A DNA stretch of 64,000 nt, from NCBI GenBank assembly GCA_944380295.1, contig CALWHE010000006.1:11670-75669 (forward strand), in the 5' to 3' direction. The DNA is from an uncultured Christensenellaceae bacterium. GTDB lineage: Bacteria > Bacillota > Clostridia > Christensenellales > UBA3700. Below, one piece after another: positions 16,401 to 26,647 of the stretch. The notes under the pieces were generated by a model. The model was given only the letters and a program-made list of their open reading frames with translations, was not told the origin of the DNA and did not search any database. Positions within the stretch are counted from its first letter, which is position 1. Each line of letters starts with the position of its first letter. The position numbers and the translations under genes are program-made.

Positions 16401-16560
16401 AAACGACCCGGCAAGCGATACTTTGGGCACGGACGGCGCAAGCGATACTTCGGGCGCGGACGGCGCAAGCGACGCCGCCAATGCTGACAACGCTCCCGAT
16501 ACCCCAAGCGCGGACAACTCCGCCGGCGATAAAGATACTTCCGGCGGCGTGCAAAATTAA
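13420..16560 (+). CDS. MMPL/RND-superfamily membrane transporter with a long disordered C-terminal tail
   Basis: Two six-TM bundles, each preceded by a large extracytoplasmic domain. MMPL-like segments (GISILLNMGSN.., LAMDYAIFL.., AIELGATVDYAILF). About 200-aa Lys/Ala then Asp/Ala/Ser/Thr-rich tail. Promoter TTGACA n17 TATATT at about 13340..13368. Confidence 0.85.
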   Translation: MDEEKHEIAIEECGAEEPLPQPDDGAESAKRKGKFRGKKGKKREKGALTAAFAGKLLDRKWVVVGVITALLVLSFIGLLFVKKNGDVTSYLKDDTNTMIGKSVLEDAYSIQGDLNIAISYLSKDQVQTIYDSIVSDPELTHMYVTENKDGKEVRSTIISKDVWIGTFDMVLELGEGGLDFGFVHVDGIDPVVAQQIYDSAAKNYVKQTQLGNGTVVTTYILSFYLKSAASDNATIDALDRIEEIINDNINQQKSAGLISETISAESCYYFGGTAENARILVASSVGDMPIFVAIAVVAVFFILLLTSHSYFEPLIFLATLGISILLNMGSNIIAGNPVGTISTITSSCSTILQLALAMDYAIFLMHTYYEELRIKLNPRDAIISALPKTLASISASALTTIGGFVALFFMQFGMGYDLGFVLAKGVLLSLLTVIILQPVMILLFSKPIMKSQHSWIVEPRLGFVSKNITKKGVAVAVIAICAVICLPCAYFQSLTPLTYISTTEATPTDQMTNPQYVLQDYSNQVIVLVPFSPKEGDEADKTDYVAKQYEFLAWLKTGLGTEEGTHKAEDILSLCTIIPQERYQEIAEHENGLVMSFIQGNFVNSYTSADGSTREYMLYTVNLQGHPEDEESYASIAAIRAYAAQLFGVEETQVYMTGLAQGASDLASVTPDDFMLVNILSAAIIFIILLFTFRSFITSLILLAVIEAGIFFNLAIVYFVSLLAPYAPGLLSVFSGEINFMAYLIVSAIELGATVDYAILFTSKLNEEKAKGCRPERAIRNAVFRSAPSVTTSAAILIAVCLAVNAISSNIIVRQITELIARGTFFSYILVFTLLPSILLFKEKAHAALLKRKGTEVVYDDNAEDLNNAKREAKRARHIEMMQAKAAEFGFDYDPNAPFIDFKQIKADLAAKKQEREQTRLREKALKQAKAQAKKEGVTFEEYLAAHPLPAGDTPAAADDLISSDTNSAANDTADPANASDTAPADGANAAPNTNDPASDTLGTDGASDTSGADGASDAANADNAPDTPSADNSAGDKDTSGGVQN

Positions 16561-16571
16561 CGCTTTGACAT

Positions 16572-16601
16572 AAACGGGCGCAGCGCTGCGCCCGTTTTTT
16601 T
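16572..16601 (+). terminator. Rho-independent terminator after the MMPL gene
   Basis: AAACGGGCGCAGC/GCTGCGCCCGTTT palindrome followed by T7. Confidence 0.85.
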
Positions 16602-16628
16602 AATACGCCGCTCACGGAGATAACGGAA

Positions 16629-17078
16629 ATGGAAATATCGGCATATAAAAAGCACTTTGCACCGGCTTTTGCGCAATTTAACTTTGCTTGGCTGAACAAA
16701 TATTTCACTCCCGAACCCGCAGACTTTGCCGTTTTGAACGATCTGCAAGCGCAAATAGATGCGGGCGGTATGGCTTTTTTTGCCCTTGAAGAGGGCAAGG
16801 TCATCTCTGCTTGCCTGGTAGTGCCGCTTGAAAACGATGTGTGGGAAATATGCAAATTCGCCACCGACGAACATTATCGCCGCAGGGGCGCAGGCAGCGC
16901 GGTCCTTGCCGCCTGTATGCAATACGCCGCCGCGCACGGCGCCAAAAAACTTATGATAGTTTCCCACACCGTTTTGCAAGACGCCGTCCGGCTTTACCGT
17001 AAAATGGGTTTTGAAGAAGTCCCCGTCACCGACAGACAATTCGAGCGCGTCAGTATCCAATTCGAGCGCCGCCTTTGA
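16629..17078 (+). CDS. GNAT family N-acetyltransferase
   Basis: Acetyl-CoA binding motif RRRGAGSAVL, with typical GNAT length and C-terminal Y.K.GF. Confidence 0.85.
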   Translation: MEISAYKKHFAPAFAQFNFAWLNKYFTPEPADFAVLNDLQAQIDAGGMAFFALEEGKVISACLVVPLENDVWEICKFATDEHYRRRGAGSAVLAACMQYAAAHGAKKLMIVSHTVLQDAVRLYRKMGFEEVPVTDRQFERVSIQFERRL

Positions 17079-17082
17079 CCCG

Positions 17083-17424
17083 TCAGATGTCATCGAAGTT
17101 GGTGGTATCGCCCAACATTTTGTTCAATTGCTCTGCGGTGTAAATTCTTTCGTTGGCAAAATGCTTTTTACCCGCCCTTTTGCCCTCTCGTTTGCCCCGC
17201 TTAGACTGCTGTTCCGCCCGCTCCTGCTGGCGCTTGATCGCCGCGTCTATGTTGGGAATAGCCATGGTCAGCAACACTTTGGCAGGGGCGCTTATATCGC
17301 GGCGCACCTCTTTGAAGCCTCCGTATCGCAGCACCGCCCACGCCGCTTCTTTTTGCGCTTCCACATCCAGCAGATCGAGCGCCTCGATGATGGAAGGCAA
17401 ACAATAAAATCCGTTTGTCATCAT
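17083..17424 (-). CDS. Hypothetical protein, possibly related to mobile elements or phage
   Basis: ORF 17083..17493. I prefer the ATG at 17424 (MMTNGFY...), preceded by AGGGGGG. Basic KR-rich centre. No family confidently recognised. Confidence 0.45.
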   Translation of the reverse strand: MMTNGFYCLPSIIEALDLLDVEAQKEAAWAVLRYGGFKEVRRDISAPAKVLLTMAIPNIDAAIKRQQERAEQQSKRGKREGKRAGKKHFANERIYTAEQLNKMLGDTTNFDDI

Positions 17425-17549
17425 GATCCCCCTGTAAAGCTCCGCGCTTTCGCGCTCAAAAAATTTTGCGACTTTAATATAACGCCGTGCCACTTGTCCG
17501 CACCAGCCTCGCCTGCCGCTTTACTAAAAATATCGACCGTCTTGTAATA

Positions 17550-18645
17550 AACAGGGTGCAGCGTCACGCTGCCCGCCGCGCTTTTATAGTGCTTTATTAA
17601 GTATTGCGAAGAGATACGCTTACTACCACTTCCCGCCTCTGCGAAGCATATCAGAGTGCAGCGTCACGCTGCCCGCGCTTTTATTGCACTTTATCAAGTA
17701 TTGCAGGGAATAACGCTTACTACCACTTCCCGCCTCTGCGAAGCATATCAGGGTGCAGCGGCACGCTGCCCGCACCTTCCCGGCACGGCGATAAGCGCCG
17801 TTTCTATCTGTATATTATCGGACAAGCGGCTTTGACAATGTCCGGGAACAGGGCGAAAAAACGCCGTGCTGCGAAAGTGCAAAGAGTGGCACCTCGGAGT
17901 AAAGCATAGTTTTTGCGCAGCATAACAAGGGGTGGAGCGCCCCGCGCTCCGGGTGCAGCGTTATACTCGAATAGCGCCGCAGGTAGCCATCACGCACGAC
18001 GAGCGCGGAGCTGTATCGTCGTGCATTTCACGTGCCCTCTCGTCGCTTGCGGTTTGAGGGCACATTTCACGTTTTTGCCAACTCGTTGGCAAAAACATTT
18101 CACTTTTGCGCAGCAGTATATGTTCGCTTATCGCTCACTTATATCTGCGCAAAAATTTCACGTCCGCAGCCGCCGAACATAGCTTTCGCTTATTGATTTT
18201 GTTCGGCGGCGCAGGACATAAAGGGGTGGAGCGCCCAGCGCTCCTCTACTTATATTATAACACGGAAAACCGCGGTTTTTGAGATGAGAGTGCAAAATTT
18301 TTTTTGCAAAACCACAAAAAACCTTCCCCATAGGCGGCAATTTTGCCTCGCGCGACGCGCGTTATATCTTTTTTCTTTTTCTTGTTTTTTCTCTTTTTCT
18401 TCGACTTTTGCTTTATCTTTCTCTTCTTTGAAGAAAAAGAAAAGGGGGGTTTGGGGGGAAAGGAAAAGGAGCGTGACGGGAGCGCGGGGCGGCAGCGTGA
18501 CGGGAGCGCGGGGCGCTCCACCCCCTGTTATGCTTCGCAGAGATAAACCATGATCGCGGAGCGTTTCTCTTCACAAAACCAATATTTGTTTGCGGCAGAA
18601 TGCCGATAAGCGCGGCTCTTCCCACAAGCGGCATATGCGGTTCGG
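17550..18645 (+). repeat. Mosaic intergenic repeat region
   Basis: P2 palindrome plus about 75 nt repeated with a 97-100 nt period at 17552, 17652 and 17749. Cassette at 17929..18217 with four ATTTCAC. P1 boxes at about 17929, 18222 and 18500. Pyrimidine/purine tract at 18365..18475. Confidence 0.9.
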
Positions 18646-18651
18646 CAAAAT

Positions 18652-19410
18652 TTACCGGCAAATGGCGTCGAGAATGCGCACGATGTCCGCATAGGAGTGC
18701 GCGGTGTATGTGGGGGTGATGTCGGGTTTGGCAGGCTTGTGTTCGGGGTCGAACCAAATTGAGGGCAAGCCGGCGTTTTCCGCGCCCTTGATGTCGGCGG
18801 TGAGGGAATCGCCTATCACATAGCAAAGTTCGGGACGGAAATCGGGGATCAGCCGCTCCACCGCCTCGAAATATGCGCGTTCGGGCTTGCGCGTGCCCAT
18901 GCTCTCGGAGATAAAGACGTCCTCGAAAAACTCCTCTATCCCGCTGCCCTTGACGCGCAGGCGCTGCGTGGTTTGCAGTCCGTTGGTGATGAGGAAAAGG
19001 CGGTGACGGCGCGCTTTGAGCGCGTGCAAAAAACGCTTGGCGCCGGGCAACAGAAAGTATGCGCGGCGCATGCATGCTTTGAAAAATTCGTTGAGCTGTT
19101 CGGCGGTCGCTTGCAACGGCAGGCGCCCTAGGAGTTCTTCAAAACGCAAAACGGCAATCTCCTCGCGCGTGCGTTCTCCGCGCTCCACCGCCAGCCAACA
19201 CGCCTTGTTGACTGCGGAAAAAAGGCGCGCAGCCTTTTGCACGCCGCGCGCACGGAAATTTTTCAGCGTTGCCGTGATGCAGGCGCGCTCCGCCCGTTTG
19301 AAGTCCAGCAGAGTGTCGTCCGCGTCTATGAGCAGGATAAGTCCGCCCTCATTTGCCCCGGCAGGAAGGGCGCTTTGCCCGCCCGCTTTCGCCTCTTTTA
19401 CAGGGGGCAA
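18652..19410 (-). CDS. HAD-IA family hydrolase (YjjG-like nucleotidase class)
   Basis: Motif I DADDTLLDF, motif II ITNG, motif III/IV GDSLTADIKGAENAG. The only in-frame start is the TTG at 19410, which overlaps the ridA 3' end by 13 nt. Confidence 0.8.
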   Translation of the reverse strand: MPPVKEAKAGGQSALPAGANEGGLILLIDADDTLLDFKRAERACITATLKNFRARGVQKAARLFSAVNKACWLAVERGERTREEIAVLRFEELLGRLPLQATAEQLNEFFKACMRRAYFLLPGAKRFLHALKARRHRLFLITNGLQTTQRLRVKGSGIEEFFEDVFISESMGTRKPERAYFEAVERLIPDFRPELCYVIGDSLTADIKGAENAGLPSIWFDPEHKPAKPDITPTYTAHSYADIVRILDAICR

Positions 19411-19775
19411 ACCGTGTCTATCTCCGCCAAAGCGCCCTTGGGCAAGGTTTTGACCGCCACGCAGCTGCGCGCGGGCTTGCCGGTGAAATATTTGGCGTAT
19501 ATGCCGTTAAACACGGCAAAGTCTGCCATATCCGCCAAAAAACAGGTGGTTTTTACCACTTTGGTTATGTCCGTGCCGGCGGCTTTGAGCAGTTCCGCCA
19601 CGTTTTTGCACACCTGTTCCGTCTGTTCGGCAATGCCGCCGCTCACCATCTCGCCCGTGGCGGGATCGATGGCTATCTGTCCGGATGTGTAGACCATACC
19701 GCCGGCGATCACCGCCTGGGAATAAGGTCCGATGGCGCCGGGCGCGTTTTTTGTGCAGACAATTTTGGTTTCCAT
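19398..19775 (-). CDS. ridA: RidA family reactive enamine/imine deaminase
   Basis: Strong YjgF/RidA pattern (APGAIGPYSQA, YTSGQI, ARS.V.V..LP). AAGGAG RBS. Confidence 0.95.
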   Translation of the reverse strand: METKIVCTKNAPGAIGPYSQAVIAGGMVYTSGQIAIDPATGEMVSGGIAEQTEQVCKNVAELLKAAGTDITKVVKTTCFLADMADFAVFNGIYAKYFTGKPARSCVAVKTLPKGALAEIDTVCPL

Positions 19776-19831
19776 AATATCTCCTTTGGCGCCGCCGAAA
19801 AAATTTGGTTCTTAGGGCGGCTGCCGACCGT

Positions 19832-21040
19832 TCAGGTCAACTTGAAGCCGGCGTCTAAAAGCGCCGCCTTGATCGCCTCTATATGTTCAAAGTTGCGCGT
19901 TTCCATGAGTATGCGCAGGAAACAGCCGTTGATGTCGCTGCTTTCGTTGCCCCTTTCGTGATGGACGGCGATGACGTTGCCGCCCAGATCGGCGATGATG
20001 CGCGACACCTCTTTGAGCTGACCGGGCTTGTCCATCAGCTCTATGCACACGGAGTAAGTCCTGCCCGATTTGAGCAAGCCGCGCTTGATGACGCGTGAGA
20101 GAATGGTCACGTCTATGTTGCCGCCCGACACCAGGCAGCACACTTTTTTGCCTTCTACGGGCACTTTATCGAACATGACCGCCGCCACAGACACGGCGCC
20201 TGCGCCTTCTGCGATCATCTTCTGCTTTTCTATGAGCGCCAGGATGGCGGAACAGATCTCGTCTTCCGTGACGGTGACGATGCCGTCCACGTATTTGCTC
20301 ACGTATTCAAAGGTGTGTTCGCCGGGCGTTTTGACGGCGATGCCGTCCGCGATGGTGGACACGCTCGGGAGCGTTTCTATCTTCTTATCGCGCATGGCGT
20401 TGAACATGCTGGGCGCGCCCGCCGCCTGCACGCCGTAAACTTTCACTTCCGGGCGCAGCGATTTGACGGCAAAGGCGAGTCCTGAGATAAGTCCGCCGCC
20501 GCCCACGGGCACCACGATGGCGTCCACGTCGTCGAGCTGGTCGAGGATCTCCAAACCGATCGTGCCCTGCCCTGCGATGACGTCCACGTCGTCGAAGGGA
20601 TGGATAAACGTATAGCCGAATTTTTCTTTGAGTTCCAGCGCCTTGGCGTAAGCGTCGTCATAAACGCCTTTGACCAGGCACACCTCGGCGCCCAGCGCCT
20701 TGGTGGCTTCCACTTTGGAGATGGGGGCGCCGTCAGGCAGGCAGATGAGCGATTTGACGCCGCTGCGCGTTGCCGCCAGCGCCACGCCCTGCGCGTGGTT
20801 GCCCGCCGAGCAGGCGATCACGCCGCGCGCTTTTTCCTCTTCCGCCAGCTGGGATATCTTGTAATATGCGCCTCTGACCTTGAAAGAGCCGGTCACTTGC
20901 AGGCATTCGGTTTTAAGATAGACCTCGCATTTATCGCACAGTCTGCGCGCGGGGATCATATCCGTTTTGCGGATCACGTCTTTGAGGATGAACGCCGCGT
21001 GATAAACCTTGTCCAAGGTGAGTTCGTCTTTTTTCTTCAT
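19832..21040 (-). CDS. ilvA: Threonine ammonia-lyase (threonine dehydratase)
   Basis: PLP site SFKVRGA, GGGGL loop, C-terminal ACT-like domain. Start ATG 21040 forms an ATGA overlap with the ilvD stop. The upstream 30 codons of the listed ORF are discarded. Confidence 0.9.
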   Translation of the reverse strand: MKKKDELTLDKVYHAAFILKDVIRKTDMIPARRLCDKCEVYLKTECLQVTGSFKVRGAYYKISQLAEEEKARGVIACSAGNHAQGVALAATRSGVKSLICLPDGAPISKVEATKALGAEVCLVKGVYDDAYAKALELKEKFGYTFIHPFDDVDVIAGQGTIGLEILDQLDDVDAIVVPVGGGGLISGLAFAVKSLRPEVKVYGVQAAGAPSMFNAMRDKKIETLPSVSTIADGIAVKTPGEHTFEYVSKYVDGIVTVTEDEICSAILALIEKQKMIAEGAGAVSVAAVMFDKVPVEGKKVCCLVSGGNIDVTILSRVIKRGLLKSGRTYSVCIELMDKPGQLKEVSRIIADLGGNVIAVHHERGNESSDINGCFLRILMETRNFEHIEAIKAALLDAGFKLT

Positions 21041-22701
21041 GAAAGTATTGCTCCTTTGTCCGCGCTGCTGACCATGGCGGCATAGCGTTTGAGCCATTTG
21101 CCGGGGATCTCTTTTTGCGGGCACACCCATTTGGCTCTGCGCGCGGCAAGCTCTCGATCCGAAACGCGCAGGTGCACTTTGTATTGCGGGATATTTATCT
21201 CTATGATGTCGCCTTCCTCGATGAGCGCGAACTCGCCGCCAGCCGCCGCTTCCGGGGAAACGTGACCTATGCTGGCGCCCCTGCTGGCGCCGGAGAATCT
21301 GCCGTCTGTGATGAGCGCCACGCTCTTGTCCAGTCCCATGCCGGCAAGCGCCGAAGTGGGATTGAGCATTTCACGCATGCCCGGTCCGCCCTTGGGACCT
21401 TCATATTTGATCACCACCACGTCGCCGGGGTTGATTTTTCCTGCGTATATGGCGGTTATCGCCTCATCCTCGCCGTTGAACACGCGCGCTTTGCCCTCAT
21501 GCACCAGCATTTCCGGCGCCACGGCGCTGCGCTTGACCACGCAGCCGTTTTTGGCGATGTTGCCAAAGAGTATAGCAAGTCCGCCCGTTTTGGTGTAAGG
21601 GTCTTCCAGCGGGCGTATCGCCTTTTGCACGGCGGAGAGCTTGACGCCTTTGAGGTTTTCCGCCACCGTTTTGCCCGTGACCGTTTGGCAGCCGCCGTCC
21701 AAAAAGCCGCCGCGCAGCAGTTCGGAGAGCACCGCCTGCACGCCGCCGGCAAAATAGAGGTCCTGGATATGCGTGGGACCCGCGGGCGCCAGGTGGCAGA
21801 GGTTGGGCGTTTTTTCGCTTATTTCGTTAAAGATGTTGAGGTCGAGCTTGACTCCCGCTTCGTGCGCGATCGCCAAAAGGTGCAGCACGGAGTTGGAAGA
21901 ACAGCCCAAAGCCATGTCGCAGGTGACGGCGTTGCGGATGGAACGCTCGTTGATGATGTCGCGGGCGGTGATGTTTTTGTTCACCATCTCCACGATCGCC
22001 GCGCCGGCGTGCTTGGCGAGAATGATCCTCTCGCTGAACACGGCGGGAACGGTGCCGTTGCCGGGCAGCGCGATGCCGATGGCTTCGCACAGGCAGTTCA
22101 TGGAGTTTGCCGTATACATGCCCGCGCAGGAACCGCAGCCGGGGCAGCAACGCGCGGTGATGTCGTCAAGCTGCTTATCGTCGATAAGTCCTGCTTTGCG
22201 CGCGCCCACCGATTCGAACATTTTAGACAGGGAAACTTCCTCTCCGCACACATTGCCCGCCAGCATGGGACCGCCGCTGACCACCACCGCGGGCAAATCG
22301 AGCCTGCACGCCGCCATGACCATGCCGGGCACTATCTTGTCGCAGTTGGGCACCAGCACCATGCCGTCGAAGAGGTGCGCGTTGACCATGGTCTCCACGC
22401 TGTCTGCGATCAGCTCGCGTGAAGGCAGCGAATATTTCATGCCGATGTGACCCATGGCAATGCCGTCGCATACGCCGATCGCCGGCACGAGCACGGGAGT
22501 GCCGCCCGCCGCGGATACGCCCGCCTTGACCGCGTTTGCTATCTTGTCCAAATTGATGTGACCGGGCACTATCTCGCTGAACGCGGAAACCACGGCGATG
22601 AGGGGCTTTTTCAGCTCCTCGTCGGAAAAGCCGCACGCCTTTAACAGCGAACGCTGGGGGGCGCTTTCCGCCCTATCGGTAAAATAACTGCTTCTTAACA
22701 T
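21037..22701 (-). CDS. ilvD: Dihydroxy-acid dehydratase
   Basis: Full-length IlvD/Edd pattern ([39 protein letters not shown]). GGAGGA RBS. Confidence 0.97.
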   Translation of the reverse strand: MLRSSYFTDRAESAPQRSLLKACGFSDEELKKPLIAVVSAFSEIVPGHINLDKIANAVKAGVSAAGGTPVLVPAIGVCDGIAMGHIGMKYSLPSRELIADSVETMVNAHLFDGMVLVPNCDKIVPGMVMAACRLDLPAVVVSGGPMLAGNVCGEEVSLSKMFESVGARKAGLIDDKQLDDITARCCPGCGSCAGMYTANSMNCLCEAIGIALPGNGTVPAVFSERIILAKHAGAAIVEMVNKNITARDIINERSIRNAVTCDMALGCSSNSVLHLLAIAHEAGVKLDLNIFNEISEKTPNLCHLAPAGPTHIQDLYFAGGVQAVLSELLRGGFLDGGCQTVTGKTVAENLKGVKLSAVQKAIRPLEDPYTKTGGLAILFGNIAKNGCVVKRSAVAPEMLVHEGKARVFNGEDEAITAIYAGKINPGDVVVIKYEGPKGGPGMREMLNPTSALAGMGLDKSVALITDGRFSGASRGASIGHVSPEAAAGGEFALIEEGDIIEINIPQYKVHLRVSDRELAARRAKWVCPQKEIPGKWLKRYAAMVSSADKGAILS

Positions 22702-22721
22702 CGGTATCCTCCATTATGTCC

Positions 22722-23590
22722 TGCGCAAGGGCACAATGAGCGATAAGCGAACTTGTGCGCCCTTGCTTCGGACGTGAAATTTTTGCGCGGATATATGCGA
22801 GCGGCAAGCGAGCATAACTGCCGCGCAAAAGTGAAATGTTTTTGCTTTATAAAGCAAAAACGTGAAATGTGCTCTTAAACCGCTCCGCGACGAAAGAGCA
22901 CGTGAAATGTCCGCTCATACTGCCTCGCAAGGCGAGCCGCATCGCGGACGTGGCGGCTGCCTGCGGCGCTATTAGAATATAATGCTGCACCCGGAGCGCG
23001 GGGCGCTCCACCCCTGATCGTGCCTTGAAGTAACTTTCCCGTCTGTCCGGCTGACCTCTTCGCAACTCTTACACAATATAGTGTAATAAAGCGCGGCAAA
23101 ATCGCACTTTTGCCAAGCGTCACCTCTAAAATGCGCCGTGCGCATTTTCCGAGTGAGCGGAGCGCGCGGAGCGGCAGCGTGCCGGGAGCGGCAGCGTGCC
23201 GGGAGCGCGGGGCGCTCCACCCCTGATCGTGCCTTGAAGTCACTTTCCCGTCTGTCCGGCTGACCTCTTCGCAACTCTTACACAGTAAAGTGTAATAAAG
23301 CGCGGGCAGCGTGCCGGGAGCGCGGGGCGCTCCACCCCTGATCGTGCCTTGAAGTCACTTTTCCGTCTGTCCGGCTGACCTCTTCGCAATGCTTACACAA
23401 TAAAGTGTAATAAAGCGCGGGCAGCGTGACGCTGCACCCTGGTAAGTGTAATATCCCGCCGTCCAAAACCGCGCTTTTGGACGAGCGCACCTTGGGCAAG
23501 GCGACTGCCTTGCGCGCCGCTCCCGCGGCGGCGGAAAGGGGTGAAGTTTTGCGGCTAACGCTTGCGCGCTTTCTTATATCTTGCCGCAAA
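22722..23590 (-). repeat. Mosaic repeat region between ilvC and ilvD
   Basis: Cassette at 22726..23014, with GTGAAAT on the plus strand at about 22770, 22830, 22862 and 22902. Three tandem F modules, each ending in a P1 or P2 box, at 23015..23445. Module G at 23450..23530. Confidence 0.9.
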
Positions 23591-23593
23591 ACG

Positions 23594-23640
23594 AGGGGAA
23601 AACCGCAGCGGAGCGTGTCGGGTTTTCCCCTTTAGGCGTA
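23594..23640 (-). terminator. Terminator-like hairpin downstream of ilvC
   Basis: 11-bp stem AGGGGAAAACC / GGTTTTCCCCT with a 16-nt loop. A modest U-rich tract follows on the minus strand. Confidence 0.55.
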
Positions 23641-23716
23641 ACCGCAAAATGCCGTGGGCAGATTTTGCTTGACCATTGCAGCCCCTATCCCGCGGCATTT
23701 TCAACCGGCGGTTATT

Positions 23717-24772
<1,056 letters not shown>

Positions 24773-26437
24773 TTAATGCATGGTGACGATGTCGTCTATC
24801 GTCTTGCCGGCGGGGATCATGGGGAAGACCATCTCGTCCCTGTCGATGACCGCCTCTATCACCACGGGCTTGTCCGTGACCTTGACCGCCTTGTCCAACG
24901 CGGCGTTGAGCTCTTCCAGCGTGGAGCACTTAAAGCCCACGCCGCCGAACGCCTCCGCCAGCTTGACGTAATCGGTCTTTCTGTCCAAGGTGGTGCAGGA
25001 ATAACGTTTGCCGTAAAAGAGCGTCTGCCACTGTCTGACCATGCCCAGCACGTTATTGTTGAGCACCACGGAAATGACGGGCAGCTTGTATGTGACCGCC
25101 GTGCACAGCTCGTTGAGGTTCATGTGGAAGCAGCCGTCCGAAGTGATGTCCGCCACCACGCGCTGCGGGAACGCCGCCTTGGCGCCTATGCTGGCGCCGT
25201 ATGCAAAGCCCATCGTGCCCAGTCCGCCCGAAGAGAGGAAGGAGCGGGGCGAAAGATTTTTGCAATATTGCGCCGCCCACATCTGATGCTGACCCACGTC
25301 CGTGACCATGATGCCGTCTTTGCCCAGCCTGTCGCACACGGCGTTTATCACCTCAAAAGGCTGCAAAATGCCCTCTTTGTGCTGCGGGTAAATGTCCTCG
25401 CTCTGCAACTTTTTCAGATGGGCGAGCCATTGACTGCGGTCTTTTTTGTCGATATGCGGCAAAAGCGCGCGCAAAACGTGCGCCACGTCGCCCACCAATG
25501 AATAAGAGGAAGTGACGTTCTTATTGATCTCCGCCGAATCGATGTCGATGTGTATCACCTTGGCTTTGGTGGCGAATTTCTTTTTGTTGGTGGCAACGCG
25601 GTCGGAAAAACGTGTGCCCACGGCGATCACCAGATCCGCTTCCGCCACAGCCATGTTGGCGGAACGGAAACCGTGATGACCCAGCAATTTGAGGTCGAGC
25701 GGAGCGTTTTGGCACGCCGCCGTGCCCATCAAGGTGTTGGTGCAAGGCAGACTGCCCTGCTGCAAAAAGGCGGAAAGCTCCGCGGAAGCGCCCGAACTCA
25801 CCACGCCGCCGCCATAGAGCACCACGGGGCGCTCGGAAGCGTTGATCATCTGCGCGGCTTTTTTGATGTCCTCGCCGTCGAACCTGTCGTGCTTGACCGG
25901 CTCCACTTTGGGCGCGGACGTGAATTCGCATTCCGCGGCGGTCACGTCTTTGGTGATGTCCACCAGCACGGGACCGGGACGATCGGAACAGGCTATCCTG
26001 AACGCCTCGCGCAGCGTGTCCGCCAGCTCTTCCACCTTGCGCACCACAAAGTTATGCTTGGTGATGGGCATGGTGATGCCGGCGATGTATACCTCCTGGA
26101 AGCTGTCCAGACCGATGAGGTCGGAAGCCACGTTGGCGGTGATGGCGACAAGCGGCACGCTGTCCATGAACGCCGTGGCAATGCCCGTCACCAGGTTGGT
26201 GGCGCCGGGGCCGGAAGTGGCAAAAACCACGCCCGTCTTGCCGGTGGCGCGCGCATATCCGTCGGCGGCGTGAGCCGCGCCCTGTTCGTGCGCGGTGGTG
26301 ATGTGCCTGATCCTGTCGGAATTTTTGTAAAGCGCGTCGTAAATGTTGAGGATAGCTCCGCCCGGATAACCGAAAACGGTGTCTATGCCCTGCTCGGCAA
26401 GGACTTCTATCACGATCTGCGAACCGTTTATCTTCAT
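24773..26437 (-). CDS. ilvB: Acetolactate synthase large (catalytic) subunit
   Basis: TPP enzyme N-terminus (FGYPGGAILNIYDAL), TPP-binding GGLGTMGF...N, 554 aa. Confidence 0.95.
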   Translation of the reverse strand: MKINGSQIVIEVLAEQGIDTVFGYPGGAILNIYDALYKNSDRIRHITTAHEQGAAHAADGYARATGKTGVVFATSGPGATNLVTGIATAFMDSVPLVAITANVASDLIGLDSFQEVYIAGITMPITKHNFVVRKVEELADTLREAFRIACSDRPGPVLVDITKDVTAAECEFTSAPKVEPVKHDRFDGEDIKKAAQMINASERPVVLYGGGVVSSGASAELSAFLQQGSLPCTNTLMGTAACQNAPLDLKLLGHHGFRSANMAVAEADLVIAVGTRFSDRVATNKKKFATKAKVIHIDIDSAEINKNVTSSYSLVGDVAHVLRALLPHIDKKDRSQWLAHLKKLQSEDIYPQHKEGILQPFEVINAVCDRLGKDGIMVTDVGQHQMWAAQYCKNLSPRSFLSSGGLGTMGFAYGASIGAKAAFPQRVVADITSDGCFHMNLNELCTAVTYKLPVISVVLNNNVLGMVRQWQTLFYGKRYSCTTLDRKTDYVKLAEAFGGVGFKCSTLEELNAALDKAVKVTDKPVVIEAVIDRDEMVFPMIPAGKTIDDIVTMH

Positions 26438-26473
26438 TGTGCACCCCTGTTTGGTATAAATATATTTATAGAT

Positions 26474-26502
26474 ATAATAGCCTTACGCGCCGCCTTTGTC
26501 AA
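26474..26502 (-). promoter_or_regulatory. Candidate sigma-A promoter for ilvB
   Basis: On the minus strand: TTGACA (26502..26497), 17-nt spacer, TATTAT (26479..26474), about 35 nt upstream of ATG 26437 with an AGGGGTG RBS. Confidence 0.55.
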
Positions 26503-26647
26503 GCATTTTTTACGCGCGCGCAAAAAGCGGCGGAAAAAGACGCGGGAGCTTCTTCCCGCACGCGCAAAAAAACGGCAAAACGCCGCTCCGCCCCTTGCCG
26601 CTCATGTCCTGAATTTGCCGCTGCCGCTGAAAAACGGCGTAAAAACC

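Noticed and set aside
22847-23589. Short repeat-encoded ORFs with recurring peptides (GAPRAPGAALYSNSAAGS, WSAPRSRHAA, KVTSRHDQGWSAPRS)
   Set aside because: The same peptides appear in several frames and orientations across the mosaics. They span hairpin stems, and start and stop positions differ between copies. This is consistent with non-coding repeats.
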